64,000 nucleotides of DNA from an uncultured Armatimonadetes bacterium (GTDB lineage Bacteria; Armatimonadota; UBA5829): positions 1,923,298 through 1,987,297 of the forward strand of contig CAVQDB010000005.1 in the NCBI GenBank assembly GCA_963711155.1, given 5' to 3'. The notes beneath the pieces are model-generated. The model saw nothing but the letters and a program-made list of their open reading frames with translations, was not told the origin of the DNA and ran no database searches. Made by a program: the position numbers and the translations under genes. Shown here piece after piece: positions 59,468 to 64,000 of the stretch (position 1 is the first letter of the stretch; each line of letters opens with the position of its first letter).

Positions 59468-59789
59468 ATGTTCTCTATGAGCAGTATACGACAGTTCAGC
59501 AGGCGCGTCGCAGCCGAGTTCAAGCCCGAGCGCATAGTACCTCTTTGGCTGGTCCGCGACGGGCAAGCCCACGCCTGACTCAGACGTGGATCTCTTGATC
59601 GTGATGCCGTTCGAGGGCAGGCCGGTCAACCAATCGGTACAGATGCGCCTGAAGCTGCGCCCGCCGTTCCCGGTCGATCTGATCGTGCGCACGCCCGAGT
59701 CCGTGCAGCAGCGCCTTGAGATGGGCGACACATTCATGCGAGACATCCTGCGAGAGGGGAAGGTCCTCTATGAAGCCCATCACGAGTGA
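59468..59789 (+). CDS. MNT-like nucleotidyltransferase domain protein, one frameshift as assembled
   Basis: ...AAEFKPERIV, then after an extra c at ~59540, LFGWSATGKPTPDSDVDLLIVMPF...DLIVRTPESVQQRL. No HEPN partner is seen next to it. Confidence 0.6.
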
Positions 59790-59794
59790 GTGGG

Positions 59795-60340
59795 TTACCT
59801 CTTCGCGCCCGCTTTCTTCAGCAGCCGGACGACTTCTCGTTGGTCATCTGCCTTGGCGGCCGCCAGCGCTGTGAGCCCATCATCAGCCTCTGCGTTGACA
59901 TCTGCCCCGTGCTCGATCAGCACTTGCACTATCTCGGTACGCCCAGCCGACGCAGCCAGGACGATGGCGGGATAGGCATCGACGGTCGCGTTTGGGCTTG
60001 CGCCGCGCGCCAGCAGAGACCTCACCTCACTGACATCGCCGTGGCTTGCTGCACGGGCCAACGGCTTGTCCAGAAACAGCTCCTTGCCCGTGGCGAGACC
60101 GAGAAACAGGGCCAGCGCCAGCCAGGCGGCAATCCCAAGGTTGCGCGCGATCCGCGCAGGGCGGCCCCACTTGCGCACAGCAAACCACCCGGCCACCAGC
60201 CACGCTGCCAGCGCCGCCGCCCAGAACACCGCCAGAGCCATCAGACCAAAGGGCACCATCCCGTCCATTCTCGATCCCTTTCTCTCGCGCTTTCGCCCTT
60301 TCGCGATCTCGCGAGTACAGCCCTTCACAAACTCCCTCAT
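59795..60340 (-). CDS. membrane-anchored ankyrin-repeat protein
   Basis: Two TM segments, then [18 protein letters not shown]...[18 protein letters not shown]...TALAAA. Its ATG overlaps the trmFO stop (ATGA). Confidence 0.7.
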   Translation of the reverse strand: MREFVKGCTREIAKGRKRERKGSRMDGMVPFGLMALAVFWAAALAAWLVAGWFAVRKWGRPARIARNLGIAAWLALALFLGLATGKELFLDKPLARAASHGDVSEVRSLLARGASPNATVDAYPAIVLAASAGRTEIVQVLIEHGADVNAEADDGLTALAAAKADDQREVVRLLKKAGAKR

Positions 60341-60619
60341 CGCCTTCTCGCCCGCTCGATCTTGAGTTCCTTGCGCATCTTCTTCGGGTGCTTCCCGGCG
60401 ATCTCCGGCAGGATGCCGAAGTTGGAGTTCATCGGCTGGAAGTCCTTGATGGGGCAGTTCGCAACGTAGTCGCAGAGCGCACCGATCATGGTCTCCTTCG
60501 GCGGAACCACCGGCTCCTCCCCCATCGCCACCCGCGCCGCGTTGATCCCCGCGATGATCCCCGACGCCGCCGACTCCATGTAGCCCTCCACGCCCACAAG
60601 CTGCCCCGCGAAGAACAGC

Positions 60620-60846
60620 AAACTCCCCCCCGCTGCGCCGCCGGGCACATCACTACTCCCCCCCGAGGCGGGGGGCTGGGGGGGGTCGGAACATCCGGCC
60701 CCGTGCACAGCAAACTCCCCGCCGCGGGCTGGGGGGGGTCGGAACATCCGGCCCTGTGCACAGCAAACTCCCCCCCGCTGCGGGGGGGCTGGGGGGGTCG
60801 GCTAGGATTGTTCGGGCGGGATCTGCAATCCCGCCCGAACAACCAG
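60620..60846. repeat. G/C-homopolymer-rich tandem repeat plus 14-bp hairpin inserted in trmFO
   Basis: Units begin with cagcaaactcccc at 60616, 60708 and 60761 (92, 53 and a truncated ~45 nt). Core is ...ggggggtcggaacatccggccYgtgca. The hairpin is ttgttcgggcggga / tcccgcccgaacaa at 60808-60842. Confidence 0.75.
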
Positions 60847-61451
60847 CGCCGCCGTCAGCACATTCGGCGAATCGATATACGTATTGCGATGCACCGCCCC
60901 GTATCGCACGAACTCGGCCCGCTCCAGCCCCGGAATCATCCGAAACACCCGATCCTGCTCCGACGGCCTAAGCTGCGTCTGGAACCCGACCAGCCCGTAG
61001 ACGCTCCCCTCCGCATTCTCCTGCCGCAAGCTGCACGACCGCATAGGGCCGCCGCCCGTCCTCGGATCACTGAGTCCCACCGGCTTCATCGTGCCATACG
61101 CCAGCGTATCCCGCCCCCTTCGCGCGATCACCTCCACCGGCAGGCACCCCTCGAAATACCGCGCGTCGCGCTCCTCCTCCAGGTGCAGGTGCGCGATCTT
61201 CGCCTCCAGCAGCGCATCGACAAACGCCTCATACTCCTCGCGCGTCATCGGGCAGTTCAGATACGCCGGCTCACCCTTGTCATACCGCGACTGCCTGAAC
61301 ACCTTCCCCATATCGATCGACTCCGCCTCGACCGACGGCGCAATCGCATCGAAGAAGTGCAGATGCTTCGCCCCCGTCAGCTCAGCAATGGTCTCGCACA
61401 TCGCCCCCGAAGTCAGCGGCCCCGTCGCCACGACACACGGCCTATTGCCGA

Positions 61452-61500
61452 CATCTCCCTTCCCTTCATTCGTAGTTCGTAATTCGGTAATTGCGTAATG
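61452..61500. repeat. TACGAAT-word / GAAGGGA-type repeat arm inserted in trmFO
   Basis: Plus strand catctcccttcccttcattcgtagttcgtaattcggtaattgcgtaatg. On the coding strand it reads ITQLPNYELRMKGREM between EITRI and RPCVVATGPLTS. Confidence 0.7.
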
Positions 61501-61975
61501 CGGGTGATCTCGCCCCGCACCACCTCGATCATCGGATGTGACTCGATGCCCTCCGTCACAAGCCCCGCAAAGGCCTCTCTGTCCACGCACAGGGCGTCTC
61601 CGCCCGGCACCGCGGCTCCTTGGGCACACTCCAGCGTAATCGATCCCAGCGCGCGCATTTCCTCCTTGAGCAGCCCGTGCGCGGTCGATGGCGAATCAGA
61701 CTTGAGCGACGACGAGCACACAAGCTCGGCAAGCTTGCCCGTTCGATGCGCCGGCGTCATCACGGCCGGCCTCATCTCATACAGCCGCACGCGAACCCCG
61801 CGCCGCGCCACCTGCATCGCCGCCTCGCATCCCGCCAATCCGCCGCCTATCACAATCACTCCGTCCACCATCTCTCGCATTATATCAAAAAACCGCCGGT
61901 CCGCCGGAACAAACCCCACCGCTCAGTCGTATACTACATAAAGCACTTTATAGACCAAAGTTTTCGAGGTGGAAC

Positions 61976-62569
61976 ATGGACAGAGCATCTGCCGAGGAAA
62001 ACCTGCAGTTGATCCGCGAGATAATGGAGAAATCCGCCCGCTACACTCATTTCTCCGGGCTTTCCGGGGTATTGTCGGGCATTCTCGCCCTGATCGGCTG
62101 CGGCGTCACCTACTGGATCAACGACAAGGTGCCGGCGGCGTCCCAGGACACTTACTACATCGTCACCTGGTGCTCGGTGCTCGTGCTTGCGATCGTCGAG
62201 GACTTCGCGCTCGCGCAGCGCAAGGCGCGGGCGGCAGGCCAGACCATCTGGAACCCCGCCACTTACCAGGTCCTCAAGGCCGTGTTCCCGGGCGTCTTCG
62301 TCGCTGCGGTGATCTCGTTTGTCGCGCTCTACGAAGGCGCCATCGACGCGATCCCCGCCGTCTGGGCCCTGGGATTCGGGGCCGCGCTCTGCGCCGCCGG
62401 GCTGTTCACGACGAAGGAGGTCTGGCGCTACGGCATCCTCCAGCTCGCGACCGGCGCGGCCGGCATCTTTCTGATATCGAGGCCGCCATACAGCCTCTAT
62501 CTGCTGGCGCTGACATTCGGGCTCTACCAGATCGCGTTCGGTATCTGGATGAGCAGAAAGCATCAATAG
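61976..62569 (+). CDS. hypothetical membrane protein (about 5 TM)
   Basis: Hydrophobic profile only. 4-nt gap to the winged-helix regulator. Confidence 0.45.
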   Translation: MDRASAEENLQLIREIMEKSARYTHFSGLSGVLSGILALIGCGVTYWINDKVPAASQDTYYIVTWCSVLVLAIVEDFALAQRKARAAGQTIWNPATYQVLKAVFPGVFVAAVISFVALYEGAIDAIPAVWALGFGAALCAAGLFTTKEVWRYGILQLATGAAGIFLISRPPYSLYLLALTFGLYQIAFGIWMSRKHQ

Positions 62570-62573
62570 GCCC

Positions 62574-62861
62574 ATGCCCGCAGGAATAGACGAGACAATC
62601 CATCAGAAGACCCGGCTGGCGATAATGGCCCACCTGGCCGCGCGCGGCGAAAGCGACTTCCTGACCATCAGGAGCACGCTCGGCCTCACCGACGGCAACA
62701 TCGCAGTGCACACGAACATCCTGGCGGAGAAAGGCTACATCGAGACCGAGCGGTCGATTGTCGGCAAGAAGACGCGCACGGTATATCGCATCACCAACGA
62801 GGGCAGGAAGGCGTTCGAGCAATACGTGACCGATCTCGAGCACGTGCTGCGTGGATGCTGA
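62574..62861 (+). CDS. winged-helix (HTH_34/ArsR-like) transcriptional regulator
   Basis: IHQKTRLAIMAHLAARGESDFLTIRSTLGLTDGNIAVHTNILAEKGYIETERSIVGKKTRTVYRITNEGRKAF. Confidence 0.65.
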   Translation: MPAGIDETIHQKTRLAIMAHLAARGESDFLTIRSTLGLTDGNIAVHTNILAEKGYIETERSIVGKKTRTVYRITNEGRKAFEQYVTDLEHVLRGC

Positions 62862-62881
62862 ACTCGTTTCAGCATCCACGC
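62849..62881. terminator. REP-family perfect hairpin overlapping the regulator stop codon
   Basis: gCGTGGATGCTGAA, ctcgt, TTCAGCATCCACGc (14-bp stem). Confidence 0.6.
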
Positions 62882-62899
62882 GAGGCAAGGAGGAACGCC

Positions 62900-64000
62900 A
62901 TGAACGTCAAGATGATCCTGCCCGCCCTCACCGAAGCAAGAGGGCCGTACTGGCGATCTATCAAGTATTCCCTGTTCCCGCCGCTGGGCCTGGCCACTCT
63001 GGCAGGCTACCTGGACGCCGAGGACGACGTGGCCATCACCGATGAGCACGTCGAACCGGTCGAGACGAATGACGAGCCCGATCTGGTCGTCATTCAGGTC
63101 TACATCACCTCCGCCTATCGGGCCTACGAACTGGCTGACCATCTACCGCGCAAAGGGCGTCCACGTCGCGCTCGGCGGACTGCACGTGACCGCTCTGCCT
63201 GACGAAGCCGCCCGGCACGCCGACACGATCTTCCTCGGCCCCGGAGAGGACACCTGGCCGGAATTCCTCGCCGACTTCCGCTCCGGCAGACCCGGCAGGC
63301 TCTACCGCTCGACAAGACGCACCCTCGTCGGCCAGCCGCCCGTCCGCAGAGACCTGATAAAGCGGGAGCTCTACCTGACGCCCAACTCCATAGTCGTCTC
63401 CCGCGGCTGCCCTCACAACTGCGACTTCTGCTACAAGCGCAGCTTCTATGCCGGCGGCAAGTCCTACTACACGAAGCCCGTCGAAGACGCCCTCGCCGAG
63501 ATCGACCAACTCCCCGGCCGGCATCTCTTCTTCCTCGACGACCACCTCTTCGGCAATCCGGCCTTCGCCTCGGCCCTGTTCGACGGAATGCGCGGAATGA
63601 ACCGCGTATGGCAGGCCGCATCGACCGTGCAGGCCGTGATGCAGCCGGGCCTGTTGGAGAAGGCCGTGGGATCAGGCCTGCGGAGCCTGTTCATCGGCTT
63701 CGAGACGCTCAGCGAGCGCAACCTCCGCGACCAGGGCAAGCTGCACAACGTTGGCAGCGACTACGCCGCCGCGATCCGCCGGCTGCACGACCTCGGCGTC
63801 ATGATCAACGCCAGTTTTGTGTTCGGACTCGACGGCGATGACGGATCGGTATTCGACCGCACCGTCGAATGGTCTATAGCGCAGGGCATCGAGACCGCCA
63901 CATTCCACATCCTCACGCCCTACCCCGGCACGACCCTCCACGAGCGACTGGAAGCCCAGGGCCGCATCACAAGTTCCGACTGGAACCTCTACGACACCCG
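62900..64000 (+). CDS. B12-binding-domain radical SAM protein (3' end cut by window), one frameshift as assembled
   Basis: MNVKMILPAL...PPLGLATLAGYL, then after ~63140, YRAKGVHVALGGLHVT...SRGCPHNCDFCYK (CX3CX2C)...GFETLSE. Confidence 0.8.

Larger units (their letters stand above)
60337..61919 (-). pseudogene. trmFO: tRNA (uracil54-C5)-methyltransferase TrmFO interrupted by two repeat insertions (stop and frameshift as assembled)
   Basis: VIVIGGGLAGCEAA, VVATGPLTS, CLPVEV, HRNTYIDSP and [20 protein letters not shown] motifs lie in three separate ORFs (61413..61919, 60802..61629, 60337..60747). Confidence 0.8.

Overview
GC-rich bacterial chromosomal window made up mostly of housekeeping operons on the + strand. 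Gene content in order: the 3' end of the NADH dehydrogenase I operon (nuoL, nuoM, an inserted MNT/HEPN toxin-antitoxin pair, nuoN); a two-subunit class I fumarate hydratase; a TcmP / DUF5131 / PtsI-like three-gene cassette; a PAS-PP2C, STAS and anti-sigma kinase partner-switching set; a class II photolyase; TetR-EmrA-EmrB; recG; a DNA methyltransferase plus PD-(D/E)XK pair; coaD; pta-ackA; yceD-rpmF-plsX-fabH-fabD-fabG-acpP-fabF; an aminotransferase; rnc; salvage genes mtnP, mtnA and apt; a VapC module; an AbrB-ABC-LolA-like-TolC-MFP-RND efflux block; a sulfatase-like enzyme; three DUF1559-type prepilin-like proteins (typical of PVC/Armatimonadota-like lineages, which is a taxonomic guess only); tgt; an HD protein; trmFO; and a B12-binding radical SAM gene. 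I saw no rRNA, tRNA or CRISPR array. Two things stand out beyond the genes. First, about 30 single-base frameshifts split otherwise intact and often essential genes. These are most likely consensus errors, and they are unevenly distributed. Second, there is an unusually rich set of palindromic repeat families: heptamer-word hairpins after many stop codons, a purine-rich ~90-bp palindrome family, a CTGAAC..GTTCAG REP-like family, G/C-run repeats, and short palindromes that sit in-frame inside recG and a PtsI-like gene (trmFO carries repeat insertions with a stop and a frameshift as assembled). The best candidates for uncharacterised biology are the in-frame palindromic insertions, the hairpin arrays that carry cargo in their loops, and the promoter-equipped TcmP/DUF5131/PtsI-like cassette. 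All calls come from reading the sequence and ORF track by eye. No searches or computations were run.
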